DNA of 15,520 bases from Candidatus Hermodarchaeota archaeon (GCA_048885865.1 JBHLLF010000053.1:1-15520); one strand, 5' to 3'. Shown: positions 6,452 to 14,228, numbered from the stretch's first letter. The notes: generated by a model from the letters alone, not told the origin. Numbers and translations are program-made.

Positions 6452-9142
6452 GTGATAGCGATGTCCAAACAGAGTCTGGATGATGAGCGAGTAGCAAAGC
6501 TACAAGAACAGCTCAAAGCTCTAGGCAACAGATACGCAGTAGAGATACTGCAGGTCTTGAGTCCTAAGACGGGCGATATAATTCCAAGTCTCGGATGGGA
6601 TGGCATAGTCGACGGCGTACTAGAACTGAAGGGATTTCACAAGCCAGATCCGAGCCCAGCTGGCGGCAAGTCTCAGGAGGAGGCAGATTATCAAGAGAAA
6701 CGTCAGCGATTTGTGTCTGGCGGAACATTGTATGAAACAATGAATAAGCTCGCCAAAGTTGGCTTTGTCAATACTATTGGTGAAAGAGGAAGGAAGAATA
6801 GAAGATTCACAATCACTCATGAAGGACGCCTCGCACTCTCTGCAATCGCCGGAATGCGGGGTCCAACGGCTATTGATACAGAGATCCAGAAGGCCGCGAA
6901 AGTCCTCCTGAAACATAAGAACTTCACAAGACTGTTACCTGCACAAGAGAAGTTTCTGGAAGAGGTTGGTGCTGTTGATAGCAACCTCGTGATTCAGATG
7001 CCTCCAGGTTCTGGGAAGACCTTCCTCGCAATGATTGCCATTCTGATCAGGCTTCAAAGAGGAGTGAAATGTCTATATCTGACTCCATACACTTCATTGA
7101 ACACTCAGGTCATCGATGAATATCGAGAGTTGTTTGAGAACCTTGGATACTCTGTTGTGAGGCACGACGGGTCTCATAGAGCAACAGATTCGGATCTGCT
7201 AAACGCCGGGCTAATTGTGTCAGTCCTTGAATCATCCCTCTCTGCTGTTTTGGAGGGGAAATCCTGGACTGATGAAATTGGACTCGCAGTGATTGATGAG
7301 CTTACTGAACTTGACTCTGCAGTAATCAGAAAGGAGCCACAGAGTCTCGGAATGGATAGAAGCACCAAGCTGGACTGTCTAATCACTCAACTGAAAGACA
7401 GCACTCAGCTTATCACATTGTCCTCCCGGTTTGGCAGAACTAGTGAGATTGCAGACTGGCTTGACGCCACTGTATTTAGGCCAAATGTGCGTCTGACCCC
7501 AGATGAGTTCATCGTTAGTGAAGAGGAAGAAGGTATGGTCATCGAGAGCAGCGATGGAACTCAGCGCAGCACCTTCAAGACGAATTCACCTATCGATGCA
7601 ATAATCGAACATATGGAAGATTACCAAGAGCGGGCGGTGCTCATTGTTGTGGGAACGCGTGACTCAGCCGAGGGAATAGCAGAATACATGGCAAAAGTAC
7701 ATCCTAGGCCAATTTCAGAGTCCACTATCTCTCAGATACTTGGACCAGAGAAAGACTTGCCAGTTAGCTTAAGACTGATGATGACTCTTGCCCATGGCGT
7801 TGCATTTCACCATGCAGGATTGGATGTTGATGTGCGTGAGCGATTGGAAGGGAGTATCAAGAATGGAACGGTCAAGACAGTTGTATCCACTACAGGCATC
7901 ACGTCAGGAATCAGCTTCCCATTTGATTGTGTCATGATAGCCTTCGGAACAGGGATGTACTTCTTGGTTTCCAGATCACGATACCTTCAGATCGCAGGGA
8001 GAATCGGCGAATATTACCTCTCAAAGCACGGTGGAAGAGTCTATTTGATGTATGATGGGCCCACCATGCAGTTCAGAGATGTCGAAACACTCAAGGAAAC
8101 GCTTCTACATCGACCCATCGACCCACTTCGTCCAGGCGAGCTTCATCCAGCACTTATTGCGAGCCTGATGATGAGGGAGGCTGTCAAAGGGAGAGCATTC
8201 ACTCGCAAAGATGCCCTCTCCAGATTCCTCAAGTTTGCTGAAGCAACCTTCAGAGGGGACGTAGATGAAGGCTATGCAGAGAATATGACAGAGATGTTTC
8301 TGCAGTTGTTCGATTGGCTGGTTAAGCACGGGGTTCTTGACGCTAAAGATGGCAAATTCAGGATAAGCAAGGAAGCAAAAGCCGCAGTTGGTTCCGGGCT
8401 GAACATTCTCGAATTTCTGGCAGTAAGAGAAACTCTGAAGGACATGCAACCTGACACGGACCAATCTGAGTTTATTGAGATGCTTCTGCGATTCAGTCTG
8501 CCTCAGGGAATCCGTCCTAGAGCCCTGATTCCAACAGATATAGAACTCAAGTTGGCTGAACTAGATCCACCAGATGAGAGGTATGTCAGGTTCAAACAGC
8601 GTCGAGATGATTACAAGAAAGCGGTTCTGCATAGATGGCTTGATGAAATGAGTGTAGAGGACGCAATTGCACTCACCGAGGCGGCTGCAAAGGATGCTTC
8701 GGATGGCAGGCAGTCCATTGGAAGCGATATCGGCGAAGGAGACCTTGAAGCTCTTGTGAACATCTCAAGCAATATCTCATGGAGTATCAGCGAGTTCTTG
8801 CACGCTACGAGGAGAAAGAAGCTGGCTCGACGGTTCGAACTCCTTAGTAATCAACTCAGGTACGGAGTAAGACAGGACCTTGCTGGTTCAGACATCTTCC
8901 ACCTGTTGGTATCCATAGACGACTCCTTTGACAGACATCTATCCAGAACTGAAATCAGGACTCTGTTCGATTGCAGCTATAAATCAATCAATGATATAGT
9001 GAGAAAAGATATTGATGCGAAAAAGCCAGGATTCGCCAGAGACCGGTTTGCCAAGAACTGTGGGTTGGACCCTGATTTAGCCAAGATGGTCTACAAGTCA
9101 GCTCTAGAGCATCTCAAAGCGCGATTTGATGACGACGACTAG
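6452..9142 (+). CDS. N-terminal winged-HTH fused to a divergent Ski2/Hel308-like SF2 helicase
   Basis: Q motif (FTRLLPAQ), Walker A MPPGSGKT, Walker B IDELT, GVAFHHAGL, motif V STTGITSGISFP, motif VI LQIAGRIG. N-terminal LKALGN...ILQVL...GGTLYETMNKLAKVGFV...RFTITHEG resembles ArsR/PadR. The real start may be ATG 6461. Confidence 0.85.
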   Translation: MIAMSKQSLDDERVAKLQEQLKALGNRYAVEILQVLSPKTGDIIPSLGWDGIVDGVLELKGFHKPDPSPAGGKSQEEADYQEKRQRFVSGGTLYETMNKLAKVGFVNTIGERGRKNRRFTITHEGRLALSAIAGMRGPTAIDTEIQKAAKVLLKHKNFTRLLPAQEKFLEEVGAVDSNLVIQMPPGSGKTFLAMIAILIRLQRGVKCLYLTPYTSLNTQVIDEYRELFENLGYSVVRHDGSHRATDSDLLNAGLIVSVLESSLSAVLEGKSWTDEIGLAVIDELTELDSAVIRKEPQSLGMDRSTKLDCLITQLKDSTQLITLSSRFGRTSEIADWLDATVFRPNVRLTPDEFIVSEEEEGMVIESSDGTQRSTFKTNSPIDAIIEHMEDYQERAVLIVVGTRDSAEGIAEYMAKVHPRPISESTISQILGPEKDLPVSLRLMMTLAHGVAFHHAGLDVDVRERLEGSIKNGTVKTVVSTTGITSGISFPFDCVMIAFGTGMYFLVSRSRYLQIAGRIGEYYLSKHGGRVYLMYDGPTMQFRDVETLKETLLHRPIDPLRPGELHPALIASLMMREAVKGRAFTRKDALSRFLKFAEATFRGDVDEGYAENMTEMFLQLFDWLVKHGVLDAKDGKFRISKEAKAAVGSGLNILEFLAVRETLKDMQPDTDQSEFIEMLLRFSLPQGIRPRALIPTDIELKLAELDPPDERYVRFKQRRDDYKKAVLHRWLDEMSVEDAIALTEAAAKDASDGRQSIGSDIGEGDLEALVNISSNISWSISEFLHATRRKKLARRFELLSNQLRYGVRQDLAGSDIFHLLVSIDDSFDRHLSRTEIRTLFDCSYKSINDIVRKDIDAKKPGFARDRFAKNCGLDPDLAKMVYKSALEHLKARFDDDD

Positions 9143-9645
9143 CCTTTGCCGAAATCCCACAACGCATCATTCACATGATGCTTTGACATGATCACTTTTC
9201 CCTCAGATGCCGCTCTCAACTCCTCTGTGGACATCTTTGATATTCCAACAGCCAGAGGTTTGCCATGTCGTTCGTCAACTATCGCGACCACTGATCCTGA
9301 TGCAATTCCATCGTCTATCTTTGTGATTCCTGGACGCATAATGTCTGCGCCATTGACAACGAATCTAACCGCACCCATGTCGACTGTGACTGTGGGAATC
9401 GTGATTACACCTCGCAGTAATGCATGGAGTGTAGGGAGAAGTTTACCGTCGTCCTCGAAGAAGATTATCTCACCTTCATAGAGAATGATATGGTCCCCTG
9501 TGTCGAGGATTCCTTCCTCAAGCTTCACCTTGGGATCAAGACTTGCTGGCTGCGCACCCAATTCCTTCTCTATGCGGTCCATGTACTCTCGCTGAGCACG
9601 CTTCTTCAGCAAATGGCGTTTCTTTATGCGTTCTATCTTCGGCAT
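9139..9645 (-). CDS. PUA-domain RNA-binding protein (DUF1947 + PUA; MCT-1/Tma20-like)
   Basis: KRHLLKK, LLPTL, VTVDMGAVRFVVNGADIMRPGI, DERHGKPLAVG, GKVI...HHVNDALW. Start is either ATG 9645 (MPKIE, preferred) or 9663. The stop overlaps the helicase stop (CTAG). Confidence 0.93.
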   Translation of the reverse strand: MPKIERIKKRHLLKKRAQREYMDRIEKELGAQPASLDPKVKLEEGILDTGDHIILYEGEIIFFEDDGKLLPTLHALLRGVITIPTVTVDMGAVRFVVNGADIMRPGITKIDDGIASGSVVAIVDERHGKPLAVGISKMSTEELRAASEGKVIMSKHHVNDALWDFGKG

Positions 9646-9728
9646 TTTGCTGATGAAGACCATTAGTCCTTTTCAAGGCTGCGAATTGACTTCTGGAAGG
9701 CGAAAAAACGCAAAGCTCCATCGTCATG

Positions 9729-9736
9729 TTTTTAAG
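9729..9736 (+). promoter_or_regulatory. Putative TATA box for lsm-rpl37e
   Basis: TTTTTAAG in the divergent PUA/lsm spacer. Confidence 0.5.
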
Positions 9737-9808
9737 CCAAGTCCGAAAGCTAGCGCGAACGTCAGAGGGCCACGGCCACATGACGTTCCTTCTACGATGG
9801 TGAGGCTA

Positions 9809-10075
9809 ATGAACGCAGGTCGGCCGATGGAACTCCTACAGAACTCGATTGGAGCACAAGTGCTTGTTGAGCTAAAAGGCAGAAAACAGATCAAGGGTCG
9901 GCTGCGTGGGTTTGATCAGCATCTGAACCTCGTATTGGAAGATGCAGAAGAGATCTCATTCGATGCCGAGACTGGTGAGCAGACTGTGACGCAGGTCGCT
10001 AATGTGATCGTCAGAGGCGACAACGTCGTCATTGTGTCACCACCACCCAAACAGGGCAGGAAGAAGAAGGAGTAG
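9809..10075 (+). CDS. lsm: Sm-like archaeal protein (SmAP1/Lsm)
   Basis: RPMELL, VLVELK, Sm1 [19 protein letters not shown], Sm2 IVRGDNVV; immediately upstream of rpl37e. Start is ATG 9809 (GGTGAGG just upstream) or ATG 9797, not the track's 9626. Confidence 0.95.
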   Translation: MNAGRPMELLQNSIGAQVLVELKGRKQIKGRLRGFDQHLNLVLEDAEEISFDAETGEQTVTQVANVIVRGDNVVIVSPPPKQGRKKKE

Positions 10076-10083
10076 ACTACGCA

Positions 10084-10272
10084 ATGGGAAAAGGTACACC
10101 AGCAAGAGGTAAGAAAAACAATCCACACCACATACGATGTAGAAGATGCGGTAGAAGGGCGTACCATGTCCGGCACAAGAAGTGTGCAGCCTGTGGCTAT
10201 GGTGCCTCAGCTAAACTCCGTCAGTTCGCCTGGGCTCATAAGAAGGTCCATGGTGTTCGAGTACGAGGATGA
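10084..10272 (+). CDS. rpl37e: 50S ribosomal protein L37e
   Basis: MGKGTP...[13 protein letters not shown]...CAACGYG zinc ribbon. Confidence 0.98.
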   Translation: MGKGTPARGKKNNPHHIRCRRCGRRAYHVRHKKCAACGYGASAKLRQFAWAHKKVHGVRVRG

Positions 10273-10410
10273 GCCGCCCAGTTTCATTTCCTATCAGTAA
10301 GAGGGTTTCAGAAGACTCTCACATCTGACGATTTGCCTGAAGTCATTGGACTTCGGGGATGATATCACTAGTTCTCCAGCACCCTCTGTATACGTTCGCC
10401 AGAGCTATCC

Positions 10411-10504
10411 ATCCTCCTCGGAATCTCCGACAAGAAACCCGGTCATCAGTCTTAAAAGACTTGGAGAGTATACGACTTGGGTTCTAATCATTCCTGAGGA
10501 GGAT
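10411..10504 (+). promoter_or_regulatory. Long imperfect inverted repeat sequestering the SD of the gene at 10509
   Basis: ATCCTCCTC-GGAAT (10411-10424) is complementary to ATTCC-t-GAGGAGGAT (10490-10504). Nested stems lie at 10433-10444/10474-10485 and AGTCTT-aa-AAGACT (10448-10461). Confidence 0.5.
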
Positions 10505-10508
10505 TGAA

Positions 10509-12338
10509 TTGAGAAGGTTCGCGTGGATTGGACTAGTCCTTCTATTCTCTATGATAATACACTGTACGGTATCTTCGGAGATTCCCTCTACAAGAGAGTT
10601 TCTTCAGATGACGGATGAGAGTGGTGGAGTTCAGAGTTCATATGCAAATAGAGGACCAATCGCCATCCTTAGTGACGCAGACTTCAGTAGTTATGGATTC
10701 CCCGGAACGGGAGATAAGAGCACACCATATAGAATTGAGGGCTACAATATCACTGACAGCAACTTCGAATTGATAGTAATTGAGAATACTGAAGCGTTCT
10801 TTGTAATCCAGAACAACTACCTTGATAGTATAACCTCATCATTGGATGCAATCTATATACGAAACGCGAAGAATGGGCAGGTGTACAACAATACTGTGGT
10901 CAATAACAGACATGGGATATTCTTGGACAAAGGTTGTCAGAGTATAAACATCACACTCAACGAGGTCTGCAATACATCTCAGAGTGGAATCAGAATTAAC
11001 GGTTCAACAGATGTAAGAATTCGGAATAACGAGGTGTATCAAAACACCTACAATGGCATCTGGGCCAATTATTCGACACATCTCGAGATTTGGAATAATA
11101 CAGTCTATAATGATGAATTGGGTATCTGGCTCAGGAACACAAATAGCTGTCAGGTCTTCGAGAATTTGCTGTTTGGGAATGACAATGCGATGTGGATATC
11201 CAATCAGTCCACCTCGAATAACATCGCCTTCAATCGAGTCTTTGATCCAGCTGACCTGAATCCAAATACATGTGGTATACATCTTTCTCATAATGCAAGT
11301 GGGAACAACATTCTCATCAACACTGTCGAAAACTCTACAGAACATGCGTTCTACGTGGAAACATCATCAGGCAATAACACGATAAAGTGGAACGCGTTCA
11401 AAGGCAACAATGTTGGCGGGACTTCTCAAGCGCTTGATGACGCCTCTGTGAATGTTCAGTACAATTATTGGAGTGATTGGACAACTCCTGATGCAAATTC
11501 TGACCAGATTGTGGACATTCCATATGCGCTTGAAGGAGCTGCAATGAATGAGGACCCATTTCCATTGACCAAGCCTGCAAACGCATCCGTGGTCCACTTT
11601 CTCACACCAATTAGAGTACTATATCCGAATGGTGGAGAGGTGATTACAGACTCTGCCACCATACAGTGGATTCCAAGTTATGATTCAGAGAGTCATGAGG
11701 TCAATTATTCGATCTATGTTTCTAGTAACTCAGGCGTCGATTGGGAAAAGATTGTTGGGAATCTGACTACTACTCAATACGAGTGGAACACGACTGCTGA
11801 ATTGAAGACGACTCATTATCTCATTCGAGTAATTGCTGAATGTTCAGAGGGTCTGAATGTAACAGACGACTCTGATGCGGAATTCTCATTGATACCCCAT
11901 GCTTTATCAGAAGTCATTATCAGGTCGCCAGCTAATTCTGGCCCATTCGATAGGAGCCTCACCATCGAATGGGATGCTGTCGTTGATTCTTGGGGATGGA
12001 TTGTAAGTTATTCTATACAATATTCATCGACTGGAGGCTATGATTGGAATGATCTAGCCTCTGGATTGACTGGTACGAGCTATCAATGGGACATCTCTCA
12101 ACTCGAGGAAGATGACACCTATGTCGTAAAGATCATTGCTTCTGCAGATGGGGGATTATTATCTGAGGCAATCTCAGTCTTATTCTCAATTCAGCATATG
12201 ACGACTACCACTACACCCACGACGCCAACAGTAGGACCAGACTTGACTCCACTCTTGATTGGAGGGGGGATTACAGGCGTTGCGGTAGCGATAGTTGTAG
12301 TGATTATTCTGAAGAAGAAGAGGACAAGCAAGACCTGA
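10509..12338 (+). CDS. Membrane-anchored surface glycoprotein: signal peptide, right-handed beta-helix (NosD/PbH1-like), two Ig/FN3-like domains, Thr-rich linker, C-terminal TM + basic tail
   Basis: TTG start with SD GAGGAGG; hydrophobic N-terminus; GTG-x3-PYRIEGYNI; repeated GI-x-L/I-x-NN-x-V units; NYWSD; YPNGGE; TTTTTPTTPT; GVAVAIVVVIILKKKR. Confidence 0.85.
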   Translation: MRRFAWIGLVLLFSMIIHCTVSSEIPSTREFLQMTDESGGVQSSYANRGPIAILSDADFSSYGFPGTGDKSTPYRIEGYNITDSNFELIVIENTEAFFVIQNNYLDSITSSLDAIYIRNAKNGQVYNNTVVNNRHGIFLDKGCQSINITLNEVCNTSQSGIRINGSTDVRIRNNEVYQNTYNGIWANYSTHLEIWNNTVYNDELGIWLRNTNSCQVFENLLFGNDNAMWISNQSTSNNIAFNRVFDPADLNPNTCGIHLSHNASGNNILINTVENSTEHAFYVETSSGNNTIKWNAFKGNNVGGTSQALDDASVNVQYNYWSDWTTPDANSDQIVDIPYALEGAAMNEDPFPLTKPANASVVHFLTPIRVLYPNGGEVITDSATIQWIPSYDSESHEVNYSIYVSSNSGVDWEKIVGNLTTTQYEWNTTAELKTTHYLIRVIAECSEGLNVTDDSDAEFSLIPHALSEVIIRSPANSGPFDRSLTIEWDAVVDSWGWIVSYSIQYSSTGGYDWNDLASGLTGTSYQWDISQLEEDDTYVVKIIASADGGLLSEAISVLFSIQHMTTTTTPTTPTVGPDLTPLLIGGGITGVAVAIVVVIILKKKRTSKT

Positions 12339-12374
12339 AGAGACGAACGACAAATCAAGGAGAACTGATAATCG

Positions 12375-14228
12375 ATGCGAAGGATAGCAGCCATCCTATT
12401 CTGCCTGACTCTACTCTTTGTGTGTCCACTAACAGCGACATGGTGTTATTTCGACAGCCATAGAAGTAGACAGAGTCAAGAAGTATCAAGAGGCTTCATT
12501 CCAGCCTATGATGAAGCACTTCCTATCCATATTTCCAATGACAGTGATTTCGCAGATCAGGCTTCTGCTAACTCTTGGGATGGCAATGGTTCATTGAGCG
12601 ACCCCTATATAGTCAAGGGATTGAATATCACCACTGCAGGGACCTCCCCAATTCAAATAGGGAACTCAACAGTATTCTTTGAGATTCGGGGATGCCTTCT
12701 AGTTGGGGGCGCAATGGGAATTCTTCTGCAGAATGTGACAAATGCCAAGATCTGGAATAATACAATCCAAGACTCGCAGAGTTCTGGTATACTGGTGACC
12801 GAGTCAGATGATGTTATCGTGGCAAACAACACAATCCAAGACATTAGCGGTCCAGATTCCGCGGGATTGTATTCTCTAGGTTCAGAATATTGTGAATACT
12901 CGAACAACACGATTGATAGTGTGAACGGATGGGGTATTCTTGCAGACTATACGAATAACTGCTCGATCTCTGACAATGTTGTAAGCGATCTCTTGCATGA
13001 TGGTATTCGTCTACGAGACTCCTCTGAGAATAATATAACTCTCAATACAGTCACAAGCGGCATGAGCGGCATCAAGCTTGGAAACTCACATGGATGTAGA
13101 CTGGAAAGGAATCTCGTAGGCTTTAGTCTATCAGATGGCATCTCGATTGAAGCATCGGCGAATTGTGTAATCAAAGGCAATGTTGTGCACGAGAGTGGTT
13201 CTTATTCTCTTGATTTGTCTGGAGATTCTTCAGACATCATTTCAAACACTTTCTACAGGAGTCAGATGCAGGGACTTCGCATTCAATCAGATAACAGCTA
13301 TGTCACGCAGAACAATCTAATAGAGAACAATCTTGGATTTGTGGAAGCTGCTACCTATCTAGATATTTCCGGTTCTAATAACGACATCATTGGGAATTAT
13401 TATGATGCATTGACTTGGCCAGATGATGATGAGAATGATATTGTTGACCACGCGTATCCATTTGGTGGGGGACAGAGCGATTCTGAACCGCATGTCAGGG
13501 TGTTCCTGACAGACTTGATGCATATCCTCACAAAGCCAAGATTGGTCTATCCGAACGAAACGATGGATGGAGAAAGATTCTGGGGGCAGATTCAGATTAC
13601 TTGGAGTGTTTCTAGCGACACATTTGGACACGATGCTACCTACAATGTATCAGCTTCGGCAGATGGAGGATCTTCGTGGATTGAACTTGTTCACGGGCTG
13701 ATTGATACAAATCTGAACTGGAATTCATCAGATTTCTTGGAGAATACTGAATGCAGAATCAGAATTGCTGCACAATGTACTGATGGACTGATTTCAGAGT
13801 ACACGACCAATGCGATGTATGAAGTCAAAAGCCACACCCTGTCAGCCCCGACAGTCCTCACTCCAAATGGTGGTGAAACAATTGGTGGAGATTATGAGAT
13901 CACATGGACTGACTCTGTTGAGTCCTGGGGTCTTATTGTTTCATATGATGTCTTCTATTCCACAGATGCTGGAGAAACATGGAATGTGATAATCAGTACC
14001 TATGATAGCACTTCAATTGCATGGGATGTCAGGGGATTACCAGAAACAGATCAGTATCTCATACGTGTTGTTGCTAGAGGGTCCTCCGGTCTCACCGCAG
14101 AGGATGTGTCTGATTCAGTCTTTTCGGTAAGATGGTCGAGCAACATGATAATCATTGGGTTGGTCGGCGGTGGAGCGATACTGATTGTCATTGCTGTCTA
14201 TGCGCTGCGGCGACGAGGAACTATCTGA
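12375..14228 (+). CDS. Paralogous beta-helix + two Ig/FN3-like domain surface glycoprotein
   Basis: Same architecture: signal peptide, WDGNGS-x2-PYIV-x-GLNI, beta-helix repeats, GNYYD, TPNGGE, C-terminal TM ending LRRRGTI. Confidence 0.85.
   Translation: MRRIAAILFCLTLLFVCPLTATWCYFDSHRSRQSQEVSRGFIPAYDEALPIHISNDSDFADQASANSWDGNGSLSDPYIVKGLNITTAGTSPIQIGNSTVFFEIRGCLLVGGAMGILLQNVTNAKIWNNTIQDSQSSGILVTESDDVIVANNTIQDISGPDSAGLYSLGSEYCEYSNNTIDSVNGWGILADYTNNCSISDNVVSDLLHDGIRLRDSSENNITLNTVTSGMSGIKLGNSHGCRLERNLVGFSLSDGISIEASANCVIKGNVVHESGSYSLDLSGDSSDIISNTFYRSQMQGLRIQSDNSYVTQNNLIENNLGFVEAATYLDISGSNNDIIGNYYDALTWPDDDENDIVDHAYPFGGGQSDSEPHVRVFLTDLMHILTKPRLVYPNETMDGERFWGQIQITWSVSSDTFGHDATYNVSASADGGSSWIELVHGLIDTNLNWNSSDFLENTECRIRIAAQCTDGLISEYTTNAMYEVKSHTLSAPTVLTPNGGETIGGDYEITWTDSVESWGLIVSYDVFYSTDAGETWNVIISTYDSTSIAWDVRGLPETDQYLIRVVARGSSGLTAEDVSDSVFSVRWSSNMIIIGLVGGGAILIVIAVYALRRRGTI

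Noticed and set aside
9626-9796. Track's 149-aa version of Lsm
   Set aside because: It overlaps the divergent PUA gene and spans the TATA-like box. The Sm fold and SD indicate a start at 9797 or 9809.
10368-10419. Minus-strand GAGGAGG + ATG giving a 14-aa ORF (MDSSGERIQRVLEN)
   Set aside because: The SD abuts the ATG with no spacer and the peptide is uninformative. The sequence is better explained as the anti-SD arm.
10420-10450. Minus-strand CTGATGA followed by a short stem (hammerhead core or C box)
   Set aside because: No GAAA follows the stem and there is no matching cleavage-site helix. No D box lies at C/D sRNA distance.
10273-10508. SECIS element / selenoprotein recoding
   Set aside because: No convincing SECIS core in the hairpins, and no neighbouring gene has an in-frame TGA at a Cys-like position. 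The TGA stops fall at the expected protein ends.
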